Positions 49,268 through 59,475 of a stretch of 64,000 nucleotides of DNA are shown piece after piece. Under the pieces are notes generated by a model. The model did no database searches. It saw only the letters and a list, made by a program, of their open reading frames with translations, and was not told the origin of the DNA. Positions within the stretch are counted from its first letter, which is position 1. Each line of letters opens with the position of its first letter. This stretch comes from Eubacteriales bacterium (GTDB taxonomy: Bacteria > Bacillota > Clostridia > Oscillospirales > CAG-272): positions 1,072 through 65,071 of the forward strand of contig JAZRQS010000002.1 in NCBI GenBank assembly GCA_045649925.1. The letters run 5' to 3'. The position numbers and the translations under genes are program-made.

Positions 49268-49933
49268 TTATTTGCCAAAACCTTCGGAGAAAGCGCTGAG
49301 CAGTCCTGATATGAGTGGATTAGACTCGCTTGCCGTATCGTATGCAACGGCAGAATCCTCATTGCTGAGGCTCACATATTTATGCTCGAGAGCATTCTTT
49401 CTTACCATTCCGAGGTCGTTTTTAGCTATGTTTTCTATAAGAGCGAGGTCGTTCTTCTCGTCAAGCTGCATAACAAGAGTGTTTTGTGTGCTCTTGAGCT
49501 CTGCCGCCTTTTCATTCATTGATGCTATCTCGTGGGTCATATTGTTTATGTTCATTCCCACGTAGATAAGGAGCATAAGAATAGTCGCGCAAAGAGCGAG
49601 CATAAGTATCGTGCCGAGAGGGAGCTTTGCACGAGGATCCTCGGCAACAGCCATGTTGACGCTCTGCATAGGCATAGTCACATCGGGAGCTGTCGTTCTG
49701 CCGTTTGAACGGGGAAGAGAATTGGCCTTTGTAATTCTGCTTTCTGCCGTGAAATCTCTCTGTACGACATTATTGCTCTTGAGCGCTCCGTTTTCGGAGT
49801 ATCCGTCCTCACGAGCACGTCTGCGCATCATTTCGCCGACTGTTACGCCTTGATATGTATATTTATCACGAAGCTTGACAAACATGGGATTTACTTCCGC
49901 ATTTCTTGTCGTGAACAAAATCGTGCGCGTCAT
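49268..49933 (-). CDS. ftsL: FtsL-like protein with N-terminal extension
   Basis: Between rsmH and the PBP; one TM plus coiled coil plus IENIAKNDLGM. Confidence 0.75.
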   Translation of the reverse strand: MTRTILFTTRNAEVNPMFVKLRDKYTYQGVTVGEMMRRRAREDGYSENGALKSNNVVQRDFTAESRITKANSLPRSNGRTTAPDVTMPMQSVNMAVAEDPRAKLPLGTILMLALCATILMLLIYVGMNINNMTHEIASMNEKAAELKSTQNTLVMQLDEKNDLALIENIAKNDLGMVRKNALEHKYVSLSNEDSAVAYDTASESNPLISGLLSAFSEGFGK

Positions 49934-49978
49934 TTCATTTCTCCTTCTTTTAATATGCCTGTGCAGGTGTTCCTGCAG

Positions 49979-50920
49979 TTATATCTTTTCTGCTACCCTG
50001 AGCTTTGCGCTTCTTGAACGCGGGTTTTCCTCAAGCTCCTCTGCCGACGGCAGAATGGGTTTTTTCGTGGTTGTCTTTATCTTCGGCTTCTTTCCACATA
50101 CGCAGACGGGGAAAGAACGGGGACATTCGCATCCGCTTGAGAGGGAGGCGTATGCCTGCTTTACTATCCTGTCCTCAAGCGAGTGGAAGGATATTATGGC
50201 GATTCTTCCCGTAGCACTCATTCGTGCCTCTGCCGCTTCAATAAGCGGGGAAATAGCATCAAGCTCGCCGTTTACCTCTATGCGAATTGCCTGAAAGGTT
50301 CTCTTCGCAGGGTGTGGGCCGTTTTCTCTCGATGCCTTCGGGATAGCTGACTTTATTATCTCTGAGAGCTGGTAGGTGGTTTCAATGGGAGAGATTTCTC
50401 TCTGTGAAGCTATCTTTCTCGCTATCTGAGGTGCAAAGCGCTCTTCGCCGTATTCATATATTATTTTCTTTAAGTCGAATTCGCTATAGGTGTTTACTAC
50501 CTCGCGGGCAGTAAGGGGAGAGCTTGTGTCCATTCTCATATCGAGAGGGGCATCGTGGTTGTATGCAAAGCCTCTTTCTGGAGTGTCGAACTGATATGAC
50601 GAGCATCCGAGGTCAGCGAGCACACCGCCGAGGTTGTCTATGCCCAGCTCGTCAAGGACGCGTCCAAGCTCAGAAAAGTTTTCATTTATAAATATGACCT
50701 GCGACGAATATTCTGCAAGTCGTTCTTTTGCAACGGAAAGGGCGGTGATATCACGGTCAAAGCAAATGAGTTTCGCGTTGGAACCGATACGCTTTACTAT
50801 CTCAAGTGAGTGACCGCCACCGCCAGTGGTACAGTCAACATAAGTATATCCCGGACGGATATTGAGCGCTTCTATGCACTCGTCAAGCAATACAGATTTG
50901 TGATTAAACTCGATAGTCAT
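49979..50920 (-). CDS. rsmH: 16S rRNA m4C1402 methyltransferase
   Basis: HKSVLL.E, D.T.GGGGHS, DLG.SS.Q, LDMRMD, FQAIRIEVN, FHSLEDR, NPRSRSAKLR. Confidence 0.97.
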   Translation of the reverse strand: MTIEFNHKSVLLDECIEALNIRPGYTYVDCTTGGGGHSLEIVKRIGSNAKLICFDRDITALSVAKERLAEYSSQVIFINENFSELGRVLDELGIDNLGGVLADLGCSSYQFDTPERGFAYNHDAPLDMRMDTSSPLTAREVVNTYSEFDLKKIIYEYGEERFAPQIARKIASQREISPIETTYQLSEIIKSAIPKASRENGPHPAKRTFQAIRIEVNGELDAISPLIEAAEARMSATGRIAIISFHSLEDRIVKQAYASLSSGCECPRSFPVCVCGKKPKIKTTTKKPILPSAEELEENPRSRSAKLRVAEKI

Positions 50921-50921
50921 A

Positions 50922-51359
50922 TCAGAGCTTGTATGTCAGGATAATTTCCTGCATCTTCTTCTTACGTTCCTCTGTCTGCTTTTCCTTCTGGCGCTCATCC
51001 CACGCTTCCTCAGACCAGATCTGTATGTAGTTGCCGTAGCCGGCAATAACCACATTCTTGGATATGCCCGCATATTCAATGAGGGCAGAGGAGAGGGTGA
51101 CACGTCCCTGTCCGTCAGGAGTGGGGTCTATAGCCTCGGTGTAGAAGATATCCTTGATGTCATCTGCAATGGCGTCGGGAATGCTCTCTATGACCTCGGA
51201 CTTTCTTTCCCATTCGTCCTGAGAATATATGACAAGGGACTCCGAATTGAGATTTCTTGTAATGTAGAAGGAATCGCCAAGCTTATCTCTGTATTTGGAA
51301 GGAATAAATACTCTGTTCTTTGCATCAAGTGAATGTCTATAGTTACCGACAAATGACAT
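50922..51359 (-). CDS. mraZ: Transcriptional regulator MraZ
   Basis: DAKNRVFIP and DGQGRV repeats, IW...W; first gene of dcw. Confidence 0.93.
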   Translation of the reverse strand: MSFVGNYRHSLDAKNRVFIPSKYRDKLGDSFYITRNLNSESLVIYSQDEWERKSEVIESIPDAIADDIKDIFYTEAIDPTPDGQGRVTLSSALIEYAGISKNVVIAGYGNYIQIWSEEAWDERQKEKQTEERKKKMQEIILTYKL

Positions 51360-51437
51360 ATGATTTATCTCCTTCCTTAAAATTTCGTGATTTCTAACTC
51401 AAATTTGTGGGATTTTTAGTAATTTGGGTAAAATTAT

Positions 51438-51491
51438 CCCCCACATTCCACCACGTGTATATATTATAAAGCCTTTTTGGTAAATTGTCAA
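51438..51491 (-). promoter_or_regulatory. mraZ/dcw promoter with MraZ boxes
   Basis: Minus strand TTGACA-17-TATAAT (51491-51463), then GTGGTGGAATGTGGGGG (GTGG at 10-nt period). Confidence 0.8.
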
Positions 51492-51718
51492 TAGTTTTTT
51501 TGATTATTTTTTGATTTTTTTCATAAAATGCCCAAAAATTTTCGCAAGAGTGGTGGAAAGTGGTGTAAATCGCAAAAATCACATAAAAAACGCAAAAAAA
51601 TGGGCAAAATACAGGTGGTATAAAATTAAATATTTATAAATTTTATTGAAAGAACTTTATTTTTTCGGAGAAATATGATATACTTTACTTGTCAATAAAG
51701 ATTTTGCGAGAGAAATAT

Positions 51719-52057
51719 ATGAAAAAGATATTAGAGCTTTTTTCGGTGGGGAAATCCACCACCTCAAAGCAGTATAGAAGAAAAAAAGCCCTCCAGCTTC
51801 ATGGACAGGCGATAAGATATGTCACCGAGATGCGCGACGGCAACGAGGACGTCGTCGGAAAGGGTGGAAACCTGAGTGTGCGAAACGGACAGCTTATCGT
51901 GTTTTCATCATCGGATATAATAATGAGAGCCGATGTTGACAAGCTCGATATATCCGACCTTATGTCAGGCGATGGCGTTATCATAACGGGCGAAAATCTG
52001 GAGGAGGGCGGAAAGCTGAGGAAGCTCACCGTTCATTATGTTTATCATAGGAAGTAA
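51719..52057 (+). CDS. Hypothetical protein
   Basis: Clean 112-aa ORF divergent from mraZ, directly upstream of ispD; no motif recognised. Confidence 0.7.
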   Translation: MKKILELFSVGKSTTSKQYRRKKALQLHGQAIRYVTEMRDGNEDVVGKGGNLSVRNGQLIVFSSSDIIMRADVDKLDISDLMSGDGVIITGENLEEGGKLRKLTVHYVYHRK

Positions 52058-52061
52058 TAAA

Positions 52062-52862
52062 ATGAGTGTAAGGTATCATTTATCGAGAGCTATGCGACTT
52101 TTTTGCGGACGGCTTCGTCCCCGTACCACCGCTATCATCGTGGCGGCGGGGAGTGGCACGCGAATGGGAGAGACCACACAGGCAAAGCAGTTTTTGTCAC
52201 TCAACGGCACGCCTGTGCTCGCACATACGCTTATCGCATTTGAAAAATGCAAATATATCGACGAGATAATTATAGTTACCAAAAACGAGCATTCTGCGAC
52301 AGCGAGAGAAATTGCCGACGAATACAGGATAAAAAAGCTGTCGCACATAGTGTCGGGAGGAGAGGAGCGCTTTGACTCTGTGCTCAACGGCATGGCAGCA
52401 GTTGGCGAAAAGACTGCCTTCGTTGCTATACACGATTGTGCGAGATGTCTTGTCACTCCAAAGCAGATAGGCGACGTTGTCTCTGCCGCATACGCCTACT
52501 CTGCCGCGACAGCAGGCTCGCCTGTCAAGGATACAGTAAAGAGGGTAGCTAAAAACGGCTTTATTATAGAGACTCCCGCTCGCACTGAATTGTGGAATGC
52601 AGCGACACCTCAGGTGTTCAATGCGTCTATGTATCGTGCCGCCGCAATAATGGCGAAAAAGGAAAGCTTCGCTTGCACCGACGACAATATGATAATGGAG
52701 CGCATAGGGCAGAGAGTGAAAATGGTAGATACGGGATATGAGAATATAAAGCTCACCACCCCTGAGGATATCGCCGTTATGGAGGCTATAATCCGAAAGC
52801 GCAAAAATGAAGAAATGGCTAAAAAATCCAAGAAAAAGTCGAAAAAAAGGAGTGCGACCTGA
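52062..52862 (+). CDS. ispD: MEP cytidylyltransferase
   Basis: [48 protein letters not shown]. Confidence 0.95.
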   Translation: MSVRYHLSRAMRLFCGRLRPRTTAIIVAAGSGTRMGETTQAKQFLSLNGTPVLAHTLIAFEKCKYIDEIIIVTKNEHSATAREIADEYRIKKLSHIVSGGEERFDSVLNGMAAVGEKTAFVAIHDCARCLVTPKQIGDVVSAAYAYSAATAGSPVKDTVKRVAKNGFIIETPARTELWNAATPQVFNASMYRAAAIMAKKESFACTDDNMIMERIGQRVKMVDTGYENIKLTTPEDIAVMEAIIRKRKNEEMAKKSKKKSKKRSAT

Positions 52863-53344
52863 TGGAATTCAGAGTAGGTCACGGATATGATGTGCACAGA
52901 TTAGTCGAGGGACGAGAGCTTATAATAGGAGGAGTGAGCATACCTCACACACTCGGCTTGCTTGGTCACTCGGACGCAGACGTGCTTTTGCATGCGATTA
53001 TGGATTCCATACTCGGCGCATTGTCGCTCGGCGATATAGGAAAGCATTTTCCCGACAGCGATGCTCGCTATTTGGGCATATCGAGCGTGCTTTTGCTTTC
53101 ACACGTCTACGAAATGATGAATCAGAAGAATGCAAAAATCGTGAATATAGACTGCACAGTTATAGCGCAAAAGCCTAAGCTTGCGCCGTATATTGAGCAG
53201 ATGAGAGCCACTATAGCAAAGACCTTATCCTGTGAGATCGAAAGGATAAACGTGAAGGCTACCACAGAAGAAGGTCTTGGCTTCAGCGGACGAGAGGAAG
53301 GAATTTCGGCGCATGCTGTATGCGCACTCGAAATCCACGGATAA
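52862..53344 (+). CDS. ispF: MECDP synthase
   Basis: [35 protein letters not shown]. Confidence 0.97.
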   Translation: MEFRVGHGYDVHRLVEGRELIIGGVSIPHTLGLLGHSDADVLLHAIMDSILGALSLGDIGKHFPDSDARYLGISSVLLLSHVYEMMNQKNAKIVNIDCTVIAQKPKLAPYIEQMRATIAKTLSCEIERINVKATTEEGLGFSGREEGISAHAVCALEIHG

Positions 53345-53356
53345 AATCACGCTCCC

Positions 53357-53568
53357 GTCCATACGGCCTTCCTCCATACAGGAAGTCGGTCGTAGGGCAG
53401 GTATATAAAGAATTCCTTGACGGCAGATTCTGACACTTCCTGCGATTTTTCGCTCGCCGTTTTGGCAATTCGGATTTTTTCCGCATTATTATCTTATGGA
53501 AAAAATCCTTCTGTGACACAGAAAAGCATATGCGATATGCAAATTCAATGCTGCAAAATCGCCAGAAT
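53357..53568. other. Highly structured intergenic element (ncRNA or MITE/REP-like repeat)
   Basis: Nested inverted repeats forming a multibranch fold; see findings. Confidence 0.5.
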
Positions 53569-53619
53569 GTTCTTGAAAGTATTATAAAACAACAGATAAA
53601 TAAAAACGAGGTATAAAAA

Positions 53620-54267
53620 ATGATAAAAATATCACCTTCGGCGCTTGCCTGCGACTTTTCAAAGCTCGGTGAAGAGGTAATAGAGGTTGAAAAGGCAGGA
53701 GCAGATTACATTCATCTCGACGTAATGGACGGAGTTTTCGTTCCCAATATATCCTTCGGTATCCCCGTTATAGCATCCTTGCGTAAGGTGACGAAGATAC
53801 CCTTTGACGTGCATCTGATGATTACAGAGCCCGAGAGATATATTACGGAATTTGTCGAGGCTGGTGCCGATGTGATAACTGTGCATTACGAGGCGTGCAG
53901 TGATATAGCCGTAACGCTTGAAACAATACGCTTAAACGGCAAAAAAGTAGGACTTTCCATAAAGCCGGGCACTCCTGCAAAGGAAATATTCCCTTATCTT
54001 GATAAGTGCGACTGGGTGCTTGTAATGACTGTCGAGCCTGGCTTCGGGGGACAGTCGCTTATCGAGTCCACTCTCCCGAAAATAAAGAAGATAAAGGACG
54101 AGGCGCAAAGACGCGGACTTAATATAGAGGTGGAGGCTGACGGTGGTATAGGAGCGAAGAATATATCGCTTCTCAAGGATGCAGGCGTAGACATCGTCGT
54201 AGCAGGCTCTGCCGTGTTTGGTGCGTCTGACAGACGAAAGGCTATCGAAGCTTTAAAAAATGTATAA
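53620..54267 (+). CDS. rpe: Ribulose-phosphate 3-epimerase
   Basis: HLDVMDG.FVPN, DVHLM, MTVEPGFGGQ, DGG, VAGSA. Confidence 0.97.
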   Translation: MIKISPSALACDFSKLGEEVIEVEKAGADYIHLDVMDGVFVPNISFGIPVIASLRKVTKIPFDVHLMITEPERYITEFVEAGADVITVHYEACSDIAVTLETIRLNGKKVGLSIKPGTPAKEIFPYLDKCDWVLVMTVEPGFGGQSLIESTLPKIKKIKDEAQRRGLNIEVEADGGIGAKNISLLKDAGVDIVVAGSAVFGASDRRKAIEALKNV

Positions 54268-54332
54268 AAAGTACTTGCAAATATAAAAGAGTTGTGTTAT
54301 ACTGTATAGGCTAAATTTTATATTGACTGATT

Positions 54333-54415
54333 TTCTTATCAAGAGTGGTGGAGGGACTGGCCCTGTGAAGCCCGGCAACCTGTTTGTACAAGGTGCTAAT
54401 TCCCGATAGATGAGA
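54333..54415 (+). ncRNA. SAM-I (S-box) riboswitch aptamer, P4 apparently absent
   Basis: CTTATCAAGAG-TGGTGGAGGGACTGGCCC-TGTGAAGCCC-GGCAACC...GGTGCTAATTCC-cgata-GATGAG upstream of metK. Confidence 0.93.
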
Positions 54416-54416
54416 C

Positions 54417-54456
54417 AAAGACTCGGGAGCTTTTGTCACCGAGTCTTTCTTTTTTG
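54417..54456 (+). terminator. Riboswitch expression-platform terminator
   Basis: AAAGACTCGG...CCGAGTCTTT followed by a T-rich run. Confidence 0.85.
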
Positions 54457-54497
54457 AAATTTGAAAAATAAAATGTGTAATATATAAGGAGAAGAAA

Positions 54498-55679
54498 ATG
54501 AAAAAGCTGTTTACATCAGAATCTGTTACAGAGGGACATCCCGACAAAATCTGTGACAAAATATCAGATGCAATTCTTGACGAGATACTTCGTCAGGATC
54601 CCACATCAAGAGTAGCGTGCGAGACCTTTGCTACTACGGGTATTATAAACGTAATGGGTGAAATTACTACAAGTGCGTCGATAGACGTGCAGAGCATAGT
54701 ACGCGAGACTGTCAGAGAAATAGGATATGATCGCGCAAAGTATGGCTTTGACTGTGACACTTGCGCAGTGCTTACCTCTATTCACGAGCAGTCCCCCGAT
54801 ATCGCTCTCGGTGTCGACCGCTGTAAAGAGGCGAAAGACGGCGAGATGACAGACGAGCTTGACACAGGCGCGGGCGATCAGGGACTTATGTTTGGTTATG
54901 CCTGCAACGAGACTCCCGAGCTTATGCCTCTGCCAATCTCACTTGCGCACAAGCTTGCGCTTCGTTTGACAGAAGTGCGTAAAAACGGCACACTTTCATA
55001 CCTCCGTCCCGACGGAAAGACTCAGGTTACAGTAGAGTATGACGACGGCACGCCTGTAAGAGTTGATACCGTTGTCGTTTCCTCACAGCACGATCCTGAG
55101 GTTACTACAGAGCAGATAAGAGAGGATATAATCAGAGAGGTCATTACCCCTATTATCCCTGCCTCTCTCGTAGACGGAGACCTGAAGATATATGTAAATC
55201 CTACAGGCAGATTTGTCGTTGGTGGACCTCAGGGAGATACTGGTCTTACAGGTAGAAAAATAATAGTAGATACATACGGCGGATATTCAAGACATGGTGG
55301 CGGCGCCTTCTCAGGCAAGGATCCCACCAAGGTTGACCGCTCCGCGTCCTACGCCGCTCGCTATATTGCGAAAAATATAGTTGCCGCAGGTCTTGCCGAC
55401 AAGTGCGAGGTTCAGATAGCCTACGCTATAGGTGTGGCAAAGCCTATTTCCGTTATGATAGATTCCTTCGGTACTGCAAAGGTAGATGAGGAAAAGATTT
55501 CCGAGGCGGTTTCCTCGCTCGTCGACCTCCGTCCCGCTGCGATAATCAAGAAGTTCGACCTTCGCAGACCTATATACAAAAACTATGCCGCATACGGACA
55601 TATGGGCAGAGAGGACATAGATACTCCGTGGGAAAAGACAGACATCGCCGAGTCGCTCAAGGCGTCCGTTGGAGTGTAA
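54498..55679 (+). CDS. metK: S-adenosylmethionine synthetase
   Basis: [34 protein letters not shown]. Confidence 0.98.
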   Translation: MKKLFTSESVTEGHPDKICDKISDAILDEILRQDPTSRVACETFATTGIINVMGEITTSASIDVQSIVRETVREIGYDRAKYGFDCDTCAVLTSIHEQSPDIALGVDRCKEAKDGEMTDELDTGAGDQGLMFGYACNETPELMPLPISLAHKLALRLTEVRKNGTLSYLRPDGKTQVTVEYDDGTPVRVDTVVVSSQHDPEVTTEQIREDIIREVITPIIPASLVDGDLKIYVNPTGRFVVGGPQGDTGLTGRKIIVDTYGGYSRHGGGAFSGKDPTKVDRSASYAARYIAKNIVAAGLADKCEVQIAYAIGVAKPISVMIDSFGTAKVDEEKISEAVSSLVDLRPAAIIKKFDLRRPIYKNYAAYGHMGREDIDTPWEKTDIAESLKASVGV

Positions 55680-55763
55680 TAGCAGACATTTAATTTCATA
55701 GCGGTAACAATAAGCTCTTGGATTGCATATCATAATACAAAGGTCTTGTTTTCGGAGGTAAGT

Positions 55764-56087
55764 ATGAAATTTTCGGAAATCGCTGAGATTTTTGTTTGTG
55801 TGTTGGCGGTTTGGGGAGCTTATTGTATATTTCGTGCATTCGTTTCGTGGTGCTTGCCGAAAAGCAACATTTCCATCGCCGTTCATACGACTCAGGGCGA
55901 GTCGGAGTACGAGCTATACACCTCTCTCAAGGAGGCGCATCTCATTACAGAGGGGAAGTGCGACATTTCCGGCGAGGTCGTCATTCTTGTTGATGGCGCT
56001 GTCACAGACGAGGATTTGAAGAGAATAGCAGATACGGGCTGTGCCACATATCTGAATTATGATACCTACAGAAAGAGGCAGAAGTGA
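55764..56087 (+). CDS. Hypothetical protein with N-terminal TM helix
   Basis: GGAGG RBS, hydrophobic N-terminus, stop overlaps the recD2 start. Confidence 0.65.
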   Translation: MKFSEIAEIFVCVLAVWGAYCIFRAFVSWCLPKSNISIAVHTTQGESEYELYTSLKEAHLITEGKCDISGEVVILVDGAVTDEDLKRIADTGCATYLNYDTYRKRQK

Positions 56088-58291
56088 AAGAACAGAAAAA
56101 GGAGCAGATAGAGGGCTTCGTTGAGGAAATTATATATCGTAACGACTCAAACGATTACTCGGTAATACTTGTCGCGCTCTCGGAGGACGAATACACCGTT
56201 GCCGTAGGCGATATTCCAAATGTCGCTGTCGGAGAGGGACTCGTGCTTTCGGGTACTTGGACATACCATAGTGATTACGGCCGTCAGTTTGCCTTTGACG
56301 ACTACCGTATATTTCTTCCTCAGGACGAGGCATCAATGTATAAATATCTGTCGAGTGGAGTCATAAAGGGACTTGGCCCTGCGACGGCGAAAAAGATAAT
56401 ACTTCGCTACTCCAGCGACAGCTTTGACGTAATAGAAAATCACCCCGACTGGTTATGCGACATATCGGGTATATCGCCGAAAAAGGCGGCGAAAATTAGC
56501 GAGTCCTTTATTGAGCAAAAGGAAATGCGTGGTCTTATGATGCTCTGTGACGGAAAGCTCGGCACGGCATCAATAGGAAAAATATGCGGAAAGCTTGGCC
56601 CTGGAGCCGTAGGCTTGATAAAGAAAAATCCCTATATGCTCTGCGACGAGGACTTTGGCATAGGCTTTGACAGAGCCGACAGTATAGCTATGTCATTTGG
56701 CATAGAAAGAAACGACGAATATAGACTTGCAAGTGGATTGTCATATGTTCTCAATACGTCGTCAGCTCTCAGCGGGCACACCTGCCTGCCGAGGGAGGAG
56801 CTCATTACATACGCCGAGCAAAAGCTTGAGGTAGGGCGAGAGACCATTGTAGACGCTATAGATAGTATGACGGAAAAGGGCGAGCTTGTGTCATATTTTT
56901 TTGAGGATACGGAATACGTGTTTACGAGAAAATATGCATCGAGCGAGGAGTATATTTCTTCCAAATTGCTTGCCTTGGACAAGCTGTGTCCTGCCTTTGA
57001 CTATTCCGATATAGAGTCATTTATTATAAAAATAGAGTACACGCTTGGCATTTCATATGCAAAAATGCAGAGAAAAGCCATAGCAGAGGCACTTCGATCA
57101 GGTGTTACTGTAATCACAGGAGGTCCTGGTACGGGAAAAACTACAATAATCAAGGCGCTTATCAGTATCTTCTCATCTATGGGAATGGACGTCGCCTTGG
57201 CTGCGCCTACAGGACGAGCGGCAAAGAGAATGTCAGAGGCGACAGGCGAGGAGGCAAAAACCGTACACCGAATGCTCGAAATGGAAAAAAACGATTTTGG
57301 AAAAATTCGTTTTGGACGAGACGAGAAGCATACACTTGACGAAAAGGTGGTTATCATAGACGAGGCGTCAATGATAGATACCTCCTTGACAGAGGCTTTG
57401 CTTCGTGCCATAAGAGGTGGCACGAGAATTATATTTATCGGTGACGCCGACCAGCTTCCCCCCGTCGGAAGCGGAAATGTGTTAAACGATATAATCAAGT
57501 CAGAGAGATTTAACACAGTCAGACTCTGTGAGGTGTTCCGTCAGTCACAGGACAGCCTTATCGTAACAAATGCGCATAGAGTAAATGGTGGAGAAATGCC
57601 TATCCTCGATTCGACAGATGGCGACTTTTTCCACGTACTGCGCTCTTATGACGATACAATAGCACCCACCATATCGAGTCTGATATTAGAGAGACTGCCA
57701 AAGACCTATGGTCAGGATATAGTTAATAAAATTCAGGTTATAACTCCATCACGAAAGGGCAAGGCAGGCACCGAAGCTCTCAATGCTATATTGAGAGAGC
57801 AGATAAACCCTGCAAGTAAGCAGAAAAGTGAGCTTTCCGTCAAGGGAAATGTTTTCCGAGAGGGAGACCGAGTTATGCAGGTGAAAAACAATTACGACAT
57901 AGAGTGGGATAAGGGTGGCTATCACGGCTGTGGCGTGTTCAACGGCGACATCGGCACGATAGAGAGCATAGACGCCCATACTCATACTGCCATAATAAAT
58001 TTTGACGACAGAATTGCAAAATATGAGTATGAATGTCTTGAGGAAATCGAGCATGCATACGCTATCACAGTGCATAAAAGTCAGGGAAGTGAGTATCCCG
58101 TCGTCATTATACCGCTCTATTCCTGTGCCCCTATGCTTATGACGAGAAACCTTATATATACTGCTATTACACGTGCAAAAAAAATGGTAATAACAGTCGG
58201 GCGCAAGGAAATAATGAAGCAAATGGTGGACAACGACAAGCACGCTACACGCTATACGATGCTCTCGGACAGGCTTACAAGAGAGGCGTGA
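56084..58291 (+). CDS. recD2: ATP-dependent RecD2-like DNA helicase
   Basis: HhH IKGLGP, NPY.L, TGGPGTGKTT, APTGRAA, DEASM, GDADQLPPV, AITVHKSQGSEY, YTAITRAK. Confidence 0.95.
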   Translation: MKEQKKEQIEGFVEEIIYRNDSNDYSVILVALSEDEYTVAVGDIPNVAVGEGLVLSGTWTYHSDYGRQFAFDDYRIFLPQDEASMYKYLSSGVIKGLGPATAKKIILRYSSDSFDVIENHPDWLCDISGISPKKAAKISESFIEQKEMRGLMMLCDGKLGTASIGKICGKLGPGAVGLIKKNPYMLCDEDFGIGFDRADSIAMSFGIERNDEYRLASGLSYVLNTSSALSGHTCLPREELITYAEQKLEVGRETIVDAIDSMTEKGELVSYFFEDTEYVFTRKYASSEEYISSKLLALDKLCPAFDYSDIESFIIKIEYTLGISYAKMQRKAIAEALRSGVTVITGGPGTGKTTIIKALISIFSSMGMDVALAAPTGRAAKRMSEATGEEAKTVHRMLEMEKNDFGKIRFGRDEKHTLDEKVVIIDEASMIDTSLTEALLRAIRGGTRIIFIGDADQLPPVGSGNVLNDIIKSERFNTVRLCEVFRQSQDSLIVTNAHRVNGGEMPILDSTDGDFFHVLRSYDDTIAPTISSLILERLPKTYGQDIVNKIQVITPSRKGKAGTEALNAILREQINPASKQKSELSVKGNVFREGDRVMQVKNNYDIEWDKGGYHGCGVFNGDIGTIESIDAHTHTAIINFDDRIAKYEYECLEEIEHAYAITVHKSQGSEYPVVIIPLYSCAPMLMTRNLIYTAITRAKKMVITVGRKEIMKQMVDNDKHATRYTMLSDRLTREA

Positions 58292-58437
58292 AAATATAAT
58301 CCACCGAAATCCCTGCTTTGACAGTAGGAAATCGCACAAAAAAACAACAAAGACATTTGAGCGTGACAAAAAGGTATTGCAATTTGAGATAAGCTGTTGT
58401 ATAATAAAACTTGTATAAAACTCCAGGGGAACAAAAA

Positions 58438-59472
58438 ATGCAAAAACGTTTGGGAATTGACTTGGGCAGCTCGTCTGTGGTCATCAGTAAGCCGACGAGT
58501 GGCATAATTTCCAAAGAGGAAGCTATTGTTGCTGTAAAGAGAGAGAACAACGCCTTGCTCGCTATAGGAAATGAAGCGGAAAAGCTTTTTTCACATAACA
58601 AGAGCGGCGAGGTAAGAATAGTAAGGCCTCTAAAGGAAAACATCATTACAAAAGAATATACGCAAAACCTGATTTTCACAGCCTTGAGAAACGAGGTGTC
58701 GGAGGGCGATTCTGTAAGTGCGCTTATCAGCGTGCCGTGTTGTCTCAGTGAGGTAGAGGAAAGTGCCTTGCGTGAGGTGGCATCGCTAGCAGGAGTGTCG
58801 GAGACATATCTTGTGTATTCACCCATAGCCGCACTCGTCGGTGGAGGCGTTACGCTTGATCGTTCCAGCCTTACTGTAAACATAGGCGCCGCGCGTACGG
58901 ATATACTGCTTATATGTAGAGGAAGAATTTTTCACAAGAGCACACTTGACGTAGCAGGCGACGATTTCGACTTGGCTATAGCGAATTACATAAACGACAA
59001 ATACGGCGTAAGAATAAGCCTGCGCACAGCAGAGGCGATAAAGATAAATATCGGTACTGTGTGGCTCAGCAGTGACAGGAAATTCGTCGATGTAAAGGGC
59101 AGAGATGCAAGGACAAAGGAGGTAAGGACTGTAAGGATTTCCTCTGATGAAATGTTCACAGCCCTTGAAGAGCCCACCTCGGCAATAGTCGGTGCTGTAT
59201 GTAATGCTATAGCGAAGATACCTACCGATTGTGTAAACGAGGTTTTTGAAAAGGGAATTATGCTCTGTGGTGGCGGTAGCACGCTCGACGGACTTGACAA
59301 AATGATAGGTGGAATTACAGAGGTGCGCACCCGACTTCTCGAAAATCCGTTGGAGGTCGTATCACTCGGTCTTTCGAAGATCATCGACACAATGCCACCA
59401 AAGCTTCCAAGAGGAGCAATAAATATATCAAGAGAATACTTGAAAAATGCAACGCTAAAGGGGAGGATTTAA
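58438..59472 (+). CDS. MreB/Mbl-family actin-like protein, divergent
   Basis: GIDLGS, RPL, VP....EVE..A, AGD.FD, TAE.IK, GRD, GGG; catalytic motifs degenerate. Confidence 0.85.
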   Translation: MQKRLGIDLGSSSVVISKPTSGIISKEEAIVAVKRENNALLAIGNEAEKLFSHNKSGEVRIVRPLKENIITKEYTQNLIFTALRNEVSEGDSVSALISVPCCLSEVEESALREVASLAGVSETYLVYSPIAALVGGGVTLDRSSLTVNIGAARTDILLICRGRIFHKSTLDVAGDDFDLAIANYINDKYGVRISLRTAEAIKINIGTVWLSSDRKFVDVKGRDARTKEVRTVRISSDEMFTALEEPTSAIVGAVCNAIAKIPTDCVNEVFEKGIMLCGGGSTLDGLDKMIGGITEVRTRLLENPLEVVSLGLSKIIDTMPPKLPRGAINISREYLKNATLKGRI

Positions 59473-59475
59473 AAA

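Noticed and set aside
55704-55733. Sigma-K/E-like promoter (AACA-16-CATATCAT) before the hypothetical-recD2 genes
   Set aside because: The consensus is too short and degenerate to support by eye.
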